Of a DNA stretch of 64,000 nt, positions 20,302 to 30,630 are shown piece by piece (position 1 is the stretch's first letter; every line of letters starts with the position of its first letter). Both the position numbers and the translations under genes were made by a program. This DNA is from Phycisphaerae bacterium (GTDB taxonomy: Bacteria > Planctomycetota > Phycisphaerae > UBA1845): NCBI GenBank assembly GCA_963666835.2, contig CAXXGO010000006.1, positions 1,472,001 to 1,536,000 of the forward strand, in the 5' to 3' direction. The notes beneath the pieces were generated by a model. The model saw only the letters and a list, made by a program, of their open reading frames with translations. It had not been told where the DNA came from and searched no databases.

Positions 20302-21276
20302 TCAACGATCACGGACCAACATGCCACGATCAATCGAGGCCTTTGCCAGGAGAGCCTCGACGTCGCCGAGCCAGCGCTGGGCATCGGTGTAGTATCCGGC
20401 CGTGGGATTCAACCCATCGAGTTGGTTCGACCAGTAGCTATTGAAGGCGTGCATGAACAGTTCGCGCAGGTACTTGCTGTATATGCTGGCGAGGGCTACC
20501 GGGAAGTGGCGCTCCTCTCCCTTGGTTGCGAACTCGATATCGCAGTGCCTCGCGGATTGCACGAGGTGGTATGCGCTACGCTGGTCGGATTCTTCTACGA
20601 TGTAAAGTGCGTGCCCGGGCATGAACGGCTGGAGCGCCTCGCGATAGTGTTGACGCCCGCCGAGGCGATCCACGCAAATACGAACTCGTTCGGTCGGGTC
20701 AAGACGTTGTATTCGATCCGCAATTCGCAGAGCCAGGCTGAGTAACACGGCGGCCTTGTTGCGCGTGTTCCTCACAAGTCTATTGAAGTGCCCTTCGGGC
20801 AGAGGTTCGCAAAGCACGCCGAGTAGCTCGACGTTGTTGGCGGCGCAATCTCGACGAACCGCGTTGGCTTGCGTGCCGATGGCATCGGCGTTTCCGGTGA
20901 CTGGCAATGGGAGATCCGCCGCGCGATACCAGGGGTACTCGCGCAGTTGGTCCAAGACGTGCGGGGCGACCACTTCCAGCAGTGCGCGCCATCCGGCCAC
21001 GCGATGCCCACCGACCACCAGCATCGTAAGGGCGGTCCTCTCCAGCGGGGCTATCCCGGTTGATGACCGGTGGAGTTTCTTGCTATCCGCAACGGGCAGC
21101 CGGCGCTCGGACCGCCCGGTCTTCATTGTTGTGGTGGCGCGCAGCACCTCCCACAGAGAAGCGTTGAGTTGTTCGTCCGGCACGCGGAACGCAACCCCCG
21201 ATACCACGAGCGGACCCAGGATCGGGCCATACCCGGCCTCGTCTATTCCTGCCAGAATCGCCACACCATAACTCAC
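20302..21276 (-). CDS. RNase HII-like protein (extended type)
   Basis: GIDEAGYGPILGPLVV, DSKKL, VALASIYSK motifs; start approximate. Confidence 0.8.
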   Translation of the reverse strand: MSYGVAILAGIDEAGYGPILGPLVVSGVAFRVPDEQLNASLWEVLRATTTMKTGRSERRLPVADSKKLHRSSTGIAPLERTALTMLVVGGHRVAGWRALLEVVAPHVLDQLREYPWYRAADLPLPVTGNADAIGTQANAVRRDCAANNVELLGVLCEPLPEGHFNRLVRNTRNKAAVLLSLALRIADRIQRLDPTERVRICVDRLGGRQHYREALQPFMPGHALYIVEESDQRSAYHLVQSARHCDIEFATKGEERHFPVALASIYSKYLRELFMHAFNSYWSNQLDGLNPTAGYYTDAQRWLGDVEALLAKASIDRGMLVRDR

Positions 21277-21373
21277 TCGAAGCCGTTCGAAGACGGCACC
21301 TTTGAGCTAATGTAGAACGGTCGCCGCCGGGCGGCAACATGGCTCGGGATCCGGGCTTGGTCTGCAGCCGAGC

Positions 21374-23269
21374 CTAATCGTCCACTGCGTGATGGAATTC
21401 GAAGTCGGGATAGTATTCGCGCAACGCCGTCTGTCGAGCGGCGCGATAGTAGCGGGCCATATTGCTCCAATCGAAGTACTCTGCATGGCTCTCGGCGCGG
21501 TTGCGGAGCCGGATCCGCTCTCGTAGCGACATTGTGGTGAGGGCGTGGATCCAGCCGGTGACCTGATAGACGATGTTCTGGAAACTGGTGCGGTGACGGC
21601 GGGCCACGTACAGACCGTTAGTATCGTGCTCGGGGAAGTTGTCCATCAGGTAGGCGCCGAAACCGCTGAGGTCGCTGGTGATCGCGGGTATTCCGCGAAT
21701 GATGCACTCCATGGGCGTGTAGCCCCACGGCTCATAATAGGACGGGAATACCCCCAGATTGCACCCGCGGACGAATTGCCCGTAGTCCATGCCCAGTACC
21801 GGGCTGGTCGAACTCAAAAAGTCGGGGTGGAACACGACTTTCACGGGGTCGTCCGGGGCGTTGAGCAGGTTGCGCTGGCAGAGGTGTTTCAGCACGGGGT
21901 CGTGTGCATCGTTCTCGAGGTCGTGCGTTACTATCGTCGGCTGACGACCCTGTCGCCACGCATGCATCATTCGAAGCAGGCGAACTCGGGTGTCCTCATC
22001 GACCAAGTCGTCGATATCGGGCAGGCGGCCTACCGCAACCGTGCGGAAGAGCTGGCGTCCCATTGCCTCCTTGATCGACTGACAGGTGTCGTGCAGCTCG
22101 TGGAACATCGCCTGCCGGTTGAGCGTCTCGACGTTCAAGCCGCGGTACGGTGCCCGAGCGATGATGAAGGCGATTACGGTCACGCCTCGCGGACCCTCTG
22201 CCTTCAGGCGGCGGTTGAGCTCATAGAGGGCTTCAATGAAGACGTCGATGCCCTTGTTCCTATACTCGTATCGCCCGGCCGTAAAGACGTATAACGTCCG
22301 CTCCAATTCGAAAGTATAGCTCGGGAAGAAATGCCCCATAACGAATTCGTGAATCTGCTCCTTGCACTGTTGGTGGAGGTTCTGGAACTCGTGCGGGGCG
22401 GCCGAACGCTCCACATGGAGCCCGTTGGGCAGCAGGAAGTCCGGGCGGCGGCCGAGAAAGTGCTCGGACTCCTGGGCAGTGATATCTGATACGGTTGTGA
22501 ACACGTTGGCGTCCTGGGCGGCCGCCCGCTCTATCTGGAAGCGATGCCCGCAACCGTGCTCAAATGCCACCGCCTCGGCCTGCACCGCAGCCAGATTGTC
22601 GTATATGTCTTGATTGGCAGCGCTCAGACTCCTTCCGACTTGGGTAGCGTGGGTGGTGAAGACCGTAGGAACCGGCACGTTACGATGCTTGAGGAGCGGG
22701 ATCGCGACAGCGCCCTGCCACTCGTGGAATTGGGCGAGCATGACCCGTTCGCCAAGGCGGTTATGAATGGCCGCCAGAAGATCGGCGACGACATGGCCGA
22801 AGGCGATGATTTCGTCGGTTTCCGGGTCGTTGTCCGGGGTGCCTATTCCGAAGTCTTGCCAGAGGAAGTACTTCATCTGGTTGATGTGCTGAGCGACCGT
22901 AGGTACTTCCACCAATATGACCCGGGGCCGTCCGGCAACCAGCCAGTGCCCACTGTGCAAACCTACTCCGGTGGCCCGCATTTCGTTGATGGCGTCCGCC
23001 ACGATACCGTCGTGGGGGGCGGGTTCGAATTCGATCTTGGCCGCGGCCGGGCGATAAGGACCGATCAGGTAGTAGTCTCCGCTACAGTCCTCTACCGCGG
23101 CGGAACATTTGCTTCGCAGGACGGTGTAGATTCCCCCAGTCTGCGAACAGGCCTCCCACGAGACTTCGAAAACGAACGGGGTGCTCGTCTGCTTCTCAAT
23201 CAATACGGCGTGTTCCCTGGTTGGCATTCGGCGGTCCATTATGGATGCGCCGAGCAGATCGTCCTTCAT
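21374..23269 (-). CDS. Glycogen synthase, GT3 (eukaryote-like) family
   Basis: FEVSWE..GGIYTV, HEWQ, FTTHAT, GRYEYRNKG, FPSYYEPWGYTP; start uncertain (ORF is open to 23389). Confidence 0.9.
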   Translation of the reverse strand: MKDDLLGASIMDRRMPTREHAVLIEKQTSTPFVFEVSWEACSQTGGIYTVLRSKCSAAVEDCSGDYYLIGPYRPAAAKIEFEPAPHDGIVADAINEMRATGVGLHSGHWLVAGRPRVILVEVPTVAQHINQMKYFLWQDFGIGTPDNDPETDEIIAFGHVVADLLAAIHNRLGERVMLAQFHEWQGAVAIPLLKHRNVPVPTVFTTHATQVGRSLSAANQDIYDNLAAVQAEAVAFEHGCGHRFQIERAAAQDANVFTTVSDITAQESEHFLGRRPDFLLPNGLHVERSAAPHEFQNLHQQCKEQIHEFVMGHFFPSYTFELERTLYVFTAGRYEYRNKGIDVFIEALYELNRRLKAEGPRGVTVIAFIIARAPYRGLNVETLNRQAMFHELHDTCQSIKEAMGRQLFRTVAVGRLPDIDDLVDEDTRVRLLRMMHAWRQGRQPTIVTHDLENDAHDPVLKHLCQRNLLNAPDDPVKVVFHPDFLSSTSPVLGMDYGQFVRGCNLGVFPSYYEPWGYTPMECIIRGIPAITSDLSGFGAYLMDNFPEHDTNGLYVARRHRTSFQNIVYQVTGWIHALTTMSLRERIRLRNRAESHAEYFDWSNMARYYRAARQTALREYYPDFEFHHAVDD

Positions 23270-24414
23270 CCCATCGCTCCGACCGCCTTTGCCTGAGTGA
23301 GGCCTCCCCTTCTGGGATAATACCGTGTTCGGGAGCGCACCGGAAGCCCGATCACCTTCTGATTTTGCCATGGAAGCGTCGCGTTCCACACGGTGCTTCG
23401 CGCACGACTTGGCCCGACGGGCTCTCGCTCGCGAGGTGCCGCTGAGCGATTAGCCTGTCTAGCCTACATGTCACAAGTGGAGGTGCCGGGCACTGTGTTC
23501 CGTCGCGTTAACCTGGGCAAGGACTCGATGGGTGGACTACGACGGCACCTTAGTTTTGCCGATAGGGTTCAACGGAACAGGTACCGTTTTGGCATTGCGC
23601 GAGCTCGTGGAGAAGGCTATCGGTAGGTACGCACGTCTTGGGGAACGCGCGACCCTCGTCCGAGACTATAGCCGTGTTCCACGGGGCAGGCCCGGTGTAG
23701 AGGACCGCTGTCCTATCGCGTATTGTCGTACCCGGCTGATCGGATCGATGGGCGATGCTGTCGCAGTTTGCCTTGTTTCATGTTGCTCCGTGAATCTGGG
23801 GGTTTGGTGGCGAGGCCGGAGCATTGGGCGGCCGCAGTCCGGTAGGCGGTTAGCGTCGTTAGGGCGACACCGGCCGGCGTGTTACGGTCGTGCTCCGGAT
23901 CGTTCGCGTCGGCATCCGGAAGTCACCGGGTTGAGCGAAGTGCCTGAGTTGCGCGTGTTAAGCGTAATAGTGGCAACACTAGCGCGGAAGACCCGGCACG
24001 GATTAGTGACGCAAAGTGGCGTTGTGGCGGCTGACGTGTTACAGTAAGCGGCTCACGTTGCGAGCAACCGTCGTGAGGTTCGTATCGATGAGGCGTGCCG
24101 CTCCGTAAAAAACGGCGGGTCTTGGGCGCGGGGGAGGAACGGGGATGCGATTGCCGTATTGGGCATTCGCGGGTGCGGTCAGCTCCTTAGAAGTCCCCGA
24201 GATGTGAACCGGCCGCGCACGTGTGAAGACTGTGTTGCGAGGCGTGAGTTTGGCGTGACCCCGGTGCCTTGGTAGTGTCATTTGTTTACCGGGGACGGCT
24301 CGTTGATGGCGCGGCGTACCGTTCGGTGTTTGCCCGAAGTTGGGTTCGACCGGCATTGTTATGTGTGCCGGAGTCGGCGGGAGACTGCCGGCTGATTACT
24401 TCCGTGAGGAACCG

Positions 24415-25977
24415 ATGAAGCAGAAGCAGGTTGCGTTGCTGGCGTGGGAGTCCCGGCACTCGGTTGCAGTCGGTGGTCTGGGAGAGCACATCACCGAATT
24501 GGCTTCCGCCCTCGATCGTCGCGGACACCAGGTGCATGTTTACACCCGAAGAGGGGAAGGACAATCCGGCTACGATTGCGTGGACGGTGTGCATTATCAC
24601 CGCTGTCAATACGAACCGCACCCGGACTTCTTCGTCGACAATCAGCGGATGTGCGATAGCTTCGTCTGGCACCTCGCGGAGACCGAGAGCTATCTGACCC
24701 GACCGTTTGATGTGGTGCACGCCCACGATTGGTTGGCGGTCAAGGCGATGGTGGCTGCCAAGAACCGGCACGGGGCTCCCGTGGTTCTCACCGTGCATTC
24801 AACTGAGTTCGGCCGCTGCGGCAACCAGCTCTTCGAAGGCCCCTCGCGGAGGATTCGTGAGATCGAGTGGGAGGGGACCTACGTGGCGGAACGTGTTCTG
24901 TGCGTTTCCGGAATGTTGCGCAACGAGGTTCAAGGGCTCTACAGCGTACCGGGTGACAAGATGCACGTGGTCTACAACGGTATCGATGTCGAGCGCTTCG
25001 ATGCCAGGGTGAACACGCGGCGGGCGCGCAACAACTGCGCCGTGGGGCTCGACGACCCGCTTGTTCTGTTTGCGGGGCGCATGACGCAACAGAAGGGGCC
25101 CGACTTGCTGATGGAGGCAGTCCCGCGTTTGCTCCGGGATCACCCGGATGCGAAGTTCGTGTTCGCCGGCGACGGAGACTTGCGCTCGGGATTGGAACGC
25201 AGAGCCGTCGATTTGGGGGTTGACCGGTCCACCAGGTTCCTGGGGCACCGCAATGGACGCGAGCTAGTGGGGTTGTTCAAAAGTGCAGACGTAGTCTGCG
25301 TTCCCAGCCGCAATGAGCCGTTCGGGATCGTAATCCTCGAGGCGTGGAGCGCACGCAAGCCGGTCGTAGCCACGCGAAACGGCGGGCCGGCGGAGTTTGT
25401 CAAGCATGAGGATACCGGTCTGACCGTCTCGGACGACCAGGAGGCGATCGGATGGGGGCTCGGGACGGTGCTGGCCGACAGGCCGTACGGCCGCCGGATG
25501 GGGCGAAACGGGCGCAAGGAGGCGGAGGCGCGTTTTTCCTGGGATACCGTGGCGGCTCAGACGGAAGAGGTGTACCAAACGGTGTGGAATCGCCGATCAA
25601 CACTATGTCGGCAATCTAGCATGCGTATTGAGGAGGTTACGGGCATGGCTCGACCGAAGAGCACCAATGAGGACGGCGCGACCGCCAAGGGGAATCAGGC
25701 CAAAGGTACGACCGGCACGATAAGGACCGCGGCCAAGCCTGCGGCAACGATGCGGGCCACGAAGGGAACGACGGAGACGGTTACGAAGTCGATGGCCGCC
25801 TCTGCGGTCTCGGGCATGTCGATGCCCTCCGTCGAAGATATCCGCAAGCGCGCTTACGAGATCTACTTGGGCCGGGGGAGTGTGCCCGGTGACCCCGTTC
25901 AGGACTGGTTGCAGGCCGAGCGGGAGCTGGAGGCCGAGCAGGCCAAGACCGCCCGCCGCCGAGTACGCTCGCGCTGA
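24415..25977 (+). CDS. GT4 glycosyltransferase with C-terminal DUF2934-like domain
   Basis: VGGLG, HAHDWL, PSRNEPFGIVILEAW; C-terminal 'IRKRAYEIY..RG....DWLQAEREL'; GAGGA SD. Confidence 0.88.
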   Translation: MKQKQVALLAWESRHSVAVGGLGEHITELASALDRRGHQVHVYTRRGEGQSGYDCVDGVHYHRCQYEPHPDFFVDNQRMCDSFVWHLAETESYLTRPFDVVHAHDWLAVKAMVAAKNRHGAPVVLTVHSTEFGRCGNQLFEGPSRRIREIEWEGTYVAERVLCVSGMLRNEVQGLYSVPGDKMHVVYNGIDVERFDARVNTRRARNNCAVGLDDPLVLFAGRMTQQKGPDLLMEAVPRLLRDHPDAKFVFAGDGDLRSGLERRAVDLGVDRSTRFLGHRNGRELVGLFKSADVVCVPSRNEPFGIVILEAWSARKPVVATRNGGPAEFVKHEDTGLTVSDDQEAIGWGLGTVLADRPYGRRMGRNGRKEAEARFSWDTVAAQTEEVYQTVWNRRSTLCRQSSMRIEEVTGMARPKSTNEDGATAKGNQAKGTTGTIRTAAKPAATMRATKGTTETVTKSMAASAVSGMSMPSVEDIRKRAYEIYLGRGSVPGDPVQDWLQAERELEAEQAKTARRRVRSR

Positions 25978-26010
25978 TCCTCGAAAGTTCATGACAGATT
26001 CTTGTCATTC

Positions 26011-27068
26011 GTGGCATGGGTCAACTTGTTGACCTGTGGGGCATGGTGGGCTCGTAGCGCAGGTCGAGGCACGAGACCTGCCGCAACCCTGCAAAACTCG
26101 CCACGGGCAAGCTGCGTGGCGACCGGCGAAACGACGCGCGAGATCCGTGCTTGCCCATGCCACCCACGGGGGTGGCCCATGTCCTCTTGTGTTCAGAGCG
26201 CGTTGCGACTCGTCGCAGATCGTACAATGCCAAACACGTCGGACATGGGGGAGCCGATGACAAGCTCCCGACATTGCGGCAGGTCTCGTGCCTCGACCTG
26301 CCCTACAGTCTGCAAAACTCGCCACGGGCAAGCCGCGTGGCGACCGATGGAATGGCGCGCGAGATCCGTGCTTGCCCATGCCACCCACGGGGGTGGCCCA
26401 TGTCCTCTTGTGTTTAGAGTGCGTTGCGACTCGTCGCGGATCGTGCAGCGCCAAACACGTTGGACATGGGGGAGCCGATGACAAGCTCCCGACATTGCGG
26501 CAGGTCTCGTGCCTCGACCTGCCCTACAGACACTGCGGCAGGTCTCGTGCCTCGACCTGCCCTACAGTCTGCAAAACTCGCCACGGGCAAGCCGCGTGGC
26601 GACCGGCGAAACGACGCGCGAGATCCGTGCTTGCCCATGCCACCCACGGGGGTGGCCCATGTCCTCTTGTGTTTAGAGTGCGTTGCGACTCGTCGCGGAT
26701 CGTGCAGCGCCAAACACGTTGGACATGGGGGAGCCGATGACAAGCTCCCGACATTGCGGCAGGTCTCGTGCCTCGACCTGCCCTACAGACACTGCGGCAG
26801 GTCTCGTGCCTCGACCTGCCCTACAGTCTGCAAAACTCGCCACGGGCAAGCCGCGTGGCGACCGGTGGAATGGCGCGCGAGATCCGTGCTTGCCCATGCC
26901 ACCCACGGGGGTGGCCCATGTCCTCTTGTGTTTAGAGTGCGTTGCGACTCGTCGCAGATCGTGCAGCGCCAAACACGTCGGACATGGGGGAGCCGATGAC
27001 AAGCTCCCGACACTGCGGCAGGTCCCGTGCCTCGACCTGCCCTACAGCTTGCAGGACGCCTGCGCTAC
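26011..27068. repeat. BIME-like tandem macro-array: four composite units (period 221/259/259 bp)
   Basis: GCAAAACTCGCCACGGGCAAG recurs at 26091, 26312, 26571, 26830; seven REP copies plus other palindromes. Confidence 0.92.
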
Positions 27069-28198
27069 GCAGGGTGGAACGGTTCCTGGTCTGCGTCGCT
27101 CAACGCGATATCTACACCTGGTAGCGCGCCTAAGAGACGGTCAGCAAGCACCGGGAGCACGGGGCGTTCGCTGGACCAATGACTCAGGGCGATCGCGGTG
27201 CAGCCATAGCGCTGGATGGTCAGCGCATCGTGGTGGCGAATCTCCCCGGTGACGATCACATCCTTGGCGGTCAGGGCAACGCGGAAAGGAGTGTCTCCGG
27301 CGGAGCCGACCGCTACGATCACACGCTCGATACCGCGATCGGCCGGGCCGACGATTTGCACACCCGGTGCTCCGGTAGCGCGTTTAAGCTTGCGGGCTAA
27401 ACGGCCGGTAGTGGTGACGCGGGGCAGGCGGCCGACGCGCCCCGCCCCCGCGACCGGCCTGGCCGTCAGACGATAGATGTCGTAGGCCGGCTCTTCGTAC
27501 GGGTGGGCATCGATCATCGCGGCCACTACGGCCGGCAAGGCTGCCTCCGGGACGACTGTCTCCAGGCGGACTTCGTCTACGTACTCCATCTTCCCGCGTT
27601 GCCCCAGTGCCGGGTTGGTTGACTCGCCTCCGAAGAAAGTGCCTTGTCCAGTGAGTCGATAGCTGCAGCGGCTATAGTCGCCGATCTGCCCGGCTCCGGC
27701 GTTGAACACCGCATCAGCGACCTTCTCCGCCTGCTCGGCCGGAACGAACACGATGAGTTTCATCTTGTTCTGCCCGGGCTGGTCCACGTGTTTGATCGGC
27801 TCGATCTCCTTAAGCCCGCACAATGCGGCCAGTACGTCGTTAGTGCCCCCTTCGGCGGCGTCGAGTGCCGTGTGCGGGGCATAGATGGCGATCCCGTTAC
27901 GAATGCAGTCGAAGACAACGGCGTCCGTGCCGGTGCTCGGCTTGCGCAACGCGGACGCCGGTTTGAACAGCGGCGGGTGATAGCTCATTACGAAGTCGGC
28001 CTTGGCGCGGACGGCCTCGGCGGCGACCGCCGGCGTAAGGTCGATGCACAGCAGCATCCGCCGTACTGGAGCGTTGCGATCGCCGACAAGTAGCCCGACG
28101 TTATCCCAGCTCTCGGCAAGCCCCAGCGGAGCGATATCCTCCAAAGCAGAGCATACATCGGCTACGGTCGTCCTCTTCCTTGATGTTGCCTTGCTCAT
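27065..28198 (-). CDS. Nif3-like dinuclear metal center protein with PII/CutA-like insertion
   Basis: AESWDNVGLLVG, YHPPLF, HTALD, GAGQIGDYSRC, HPYEEPAYD. Confidence 0.93.
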   Translation of the reverse strand: MSKATSRKRTTVADVCSALEDIAPLGLAESWDNVGLLVGDRNAPVRRMLLCIDLTPAVAAEAVRAKADFVMSYHPPLFKPASALRKPSTGTDAVVFDCIRNGIAIYAPHTALDAAEGGTNDVLAALCGLKEIEPIKHVDQPGQNKMKLIVFVPAEQAEKVADAVFNAGAGQIGDYSRCSYRLTGQGTFFGGESTNPALGQRGKMEYVDEVRLETVVPEAALPAVVAAMIDAHPYEEPAYDIYRLTARPVAGAGRVGRLPRVTTTGRLARKLKRATGAPGVQIVGPADRGIERVIVAVGSAGDTPFRVALTAKDVIVTGEIRHHDALTIQRYGCTAIALSHWSSERPVLPVLADRLLGALPGVDIALSDADQEPFHPA

Positions 28199-29058
28199 TC
28201 GCCGGCACACTCCTTTCGTACGAGGTCTCTAAAGGCCTCCCGCAGTCTCCGGGTGATCGGTCCGGGGCGGCCGTCGGCGATGTCGTGTTTCTCGACCCGG
28301 CTTACGGGCATGACCTGCATAATGACGTTGGTCAGCATTACCTCGTTGGCATCGAGAAGGTCGTCGATCGAAAGGGGGCGCTCCTGTACTTCGATGCCGG
28401 CCTTACGGGCAAGTTTAATGACGATTCCGCGCGCGATCCCCGGAAGGACCGGAGTGTCGAGCGGCGGTGTCACAAGTACACCACCGCAAACGATGAACAC
28501 GTTACTGATCGAACCTTCCGCCAGGTGCCGCCCGGTGGTAAACCAGAGGGCTTCGGAGCACCGGGCACGTTGAGCCTCGCGCAGGCCGATCAGGCGGGGG
28601 AGGTATGCGAGAGTCTTGTGTCCGGCGATGGGGTCACTGGGGGAGACGAGGTGCTTGGTGATTACCACCGGCACTCCGGTATCGGCCACGGAAGCCGGCG
28701 GGGCGCCGAGCGGTTTCGCCGTTACGCAAACCGTGGGTCGGATGGAAGCGTCCTCGCCGGGGTCCATTGAGCCGGCTGACACGGTCAGACGCAAACGCGC
28801 TACCTTCAGCTCATTACGCTCCAGTAGTTGTTCAAGATCGGCGGTAGACGGAAGCTGCTCACGCTCAAGGGGGCGGATAAGAACCTCCGCGGACCGCCGA
28901 AGGCGGCCAATGTGAGATTCGAGCCGAAACACCCGACCGTTCTCGGCGCGCATGGTCTCGAATAATCCCGCACCGTGGAGCCAGCCGCCGTCGTCGATGC
29001 TGATCCGGGCCTCGTCTTCCGGAACCAGCTTGCCGTTGAAGTACACGAATTGGGTCAC
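28195..29058 (-). CDS. Class IV aminotransferase (aminodeoxychorismate lyase/IlvE-like)
   Basis: GLFETMR, HKT, EGSISNVF, LPGIAR; coupled to pabB. Confidence 0.9.
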   Translation of the reverse strand: MTQFVYFNGKLVPEDEARISIDDGGWLHGAGLFETMRAENGRVFRLESHIGRLRRSAEVLIRPLEREQLPSTADLEQLLERNELKVARLRLTVSAGSMDPGEDASIRPTVCVTAKPLGAPPASVADTGVPVVITKHLVSPSDPIAGHKTLAYLPRLIGLREAQRARCSEALWFTTGRHLAEGSISNVFIVCGGVLVTPPLDTPVLPGIARGIVIKLARKAGIEVQERPLSIDDLLDANEVMLTNVIMQVMPVSRVEKHDIADGRPGPITRRLREAFRDLVRKECAGE

Positions 29059-30485
29059 GGTATTGCGGCTTTCTTTGGGGTTGGTTTCCTGGCATTCAAG
29101 TCCACGCCGAGGGCTCGGAACATACCGGATGCCTTGGCGAGGGTCTCTTCGTATTCACGCTCGGCCACGCTGTCGGCGACAATAGCCCCGCCGGCGTGAA
29201 CGTGGACGAGATGGCCCGTCTGGGTCATTGTACGGATAGCGATGTTCAGAGACATCGAACCGTCCAGCCCGAGCCGGCCGATCGATCCGCAGTATACTCC
29301 ACGCTGGGTCGGTTCGAGTTCGTCTATTATCTGCATCGCGCGGATCTTGGGGGCTCCGGTGATCGATCCGCCGGGGAACGAGGCTCGAAGCAAATCCAGC
29401 CAGTTTTTGCCAGGACGCAGATCTCCCACGATCGTGGCCACGCGGTGGAACACGGTCGGGTGCTCTTCCAGGTCGCCGGCCGCGGTTACCCGCACGCTTC
29501 CGTACGAACAGACCCGGCCCAAGTCGTTCCGGAGCAGATCGGTGATCATGGTCAGCTCGGCCCGCTCCTTCTCACAGGACATCAGATCGGCGCGGCTCCG
29601 GCGGTCTTCATCCGGTTCGTCTGTTCGCGGCCTGGTGCCCTTGATGGGGCGGGTTACGACATGCCCGTCGCGCAGCTCCAGGAACAGCTCGGGCGAGGCC
29701 GAGATGATGGCCGCGGCTCCCCAGGGCAGGAACGCGGCGTGGGACGACGGGCATGCTCGGCGTAGGCGGCGATACAGCTCCACCGGCGTGGCATCCGTGC
29801 GGACGGTGAAACGCTGGGTGAGGTTGGCCTGATAGATGTCGCCGGCCTCGATGTACCGCTTCACCCGCGCGAGTCGGGCGTAGTATTCCCGGCGGGTCAT
29901 GTTCGCCGAAGCCGTTCTGGTCGGGTCGATTGGCGGAAGGTCTGGTAGCCTGCTTGTTGCCGCGCAGTTGAGCGTTTCTCGTAGGTCATTGAGCCGCGCG
30001 GCAACGGGCGGGCGCCGGGCGGCGAGCCGGCCGGGCCAGTCGACTGCGGTGAGGAGCCACTGCCGCGTGTGGTGGTCGAAGACGGCGGCCGCGTCGTACA
30101 AGCGAAACCACGCCGCCGGCAGATCTACGTCGCGTCGGGTGGTGCAACGGATCCCTTCGATAGCCAGCCCTGATTCGTAGGTGAAGTACCCGATCCACCC
30201 GCAGCCGGGCGGCTCGATGTCGGAAGTTGTTGCGGGCGGGTACTTGGCCACATGCTCGGCGAAGCTGTGGAACGGGCATCCTTGGGCGCCAGCCGGGTGT
30301 ATGAACTCGTCAGCGGGCCGCGCCGCCATGATGGAGAACCGCGCGTAAGGCGAGTTGCGCAGTGAGCTTTCGAGGATTGCCGGGCTTGTGTGTTCAGAGA
30401 AAATCACAGCCGCGGCTTCTGGGCTGACGGGGATTTCACAGGGTTCGATGATGATGCGCGGAGCTGTTCGTTGGCCGGCGGTCAT
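29055..30485 (-). CDS. pabB: Aminodeoxychorismate synthase component I
   Basis: GDIYQANLT, SASPELFL, TRPIKGTRPR, DLLRNDLGRV, FPGGSITGAPK. Confidence 0.9.
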   Translation of the reverse strand: MTAGQRTAPRIIIEPCEIPVSPEAAAVIFSEHTSPAILESSLRNSPYARFSIMAARPADEFIHPAGAQGCPFHSFAEHVAKYPPATTSDIEPPGCGWIGYFTYESGLAIEGIRCTTRRDVDLPAAWFRLYDAAAVFDHHTRQWLLTAVDWPGRLAARRPPVAARLNDLRETLNCAATSRLPDLPPIDPTRTASANMTRREYYARLARVKRYIEAGDIYQANLTQRFTVRTDATPVELYRRLRRACPSSHAAFLPWGAAAIISASPELFLELRDGHVVTRPIKGTRPRTDEPDEDRRSRADLMSCEKERAELTMITDLLRNDLGRVCSYGSVRVTAAGDLEEHPTVFHRVATIVGDLRPGKNWLDLLRASFPGGSITGAPKIRAMQIIDELEPTQRGVYCGSIGRLGLDGSMSLNIAIRTMTQTGHLVHVHAGGAIVADSVAEREYEETLAKASGMFRALGVDLNARKPTPKKAAIP

Positions 30486-30541
30486 GGCGGGGCGGAGTAT
30501 ATCAGAGCCGGCGACGATGCGTTAGTCTGGGTACTTCTGCG

Positions 30542-30570
30542 TTGACATCCGCCGGATGCATCGGTAACGT
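30542..30570 (+). promoter_or_regulatory. Sigma70-type promoter for the SH3-domain gene
   Basis: TTGACA-17 nt-TAACGT about 60 nt upstream of ATG 30631. Confidence 0.5.
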
Positions 30571-30630
30571 GCAATCCGAGGTTTCGCGCGAAGGATTGAG
30601 TTGGCTTCACCGGTCAAAGGACGGGCCATC

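Noticed and set aside
23532..24356. ORFs within the GT3/GT4 intergenic region
   Set aside because: Arg/Pro-rich, no motifs, no convincing starts.
26002..27252. Many ORFs across the macro-array
   Set aside because: Artefacts of the tandem repeat; the units are near-identical, so it is not a CRISPR array either.
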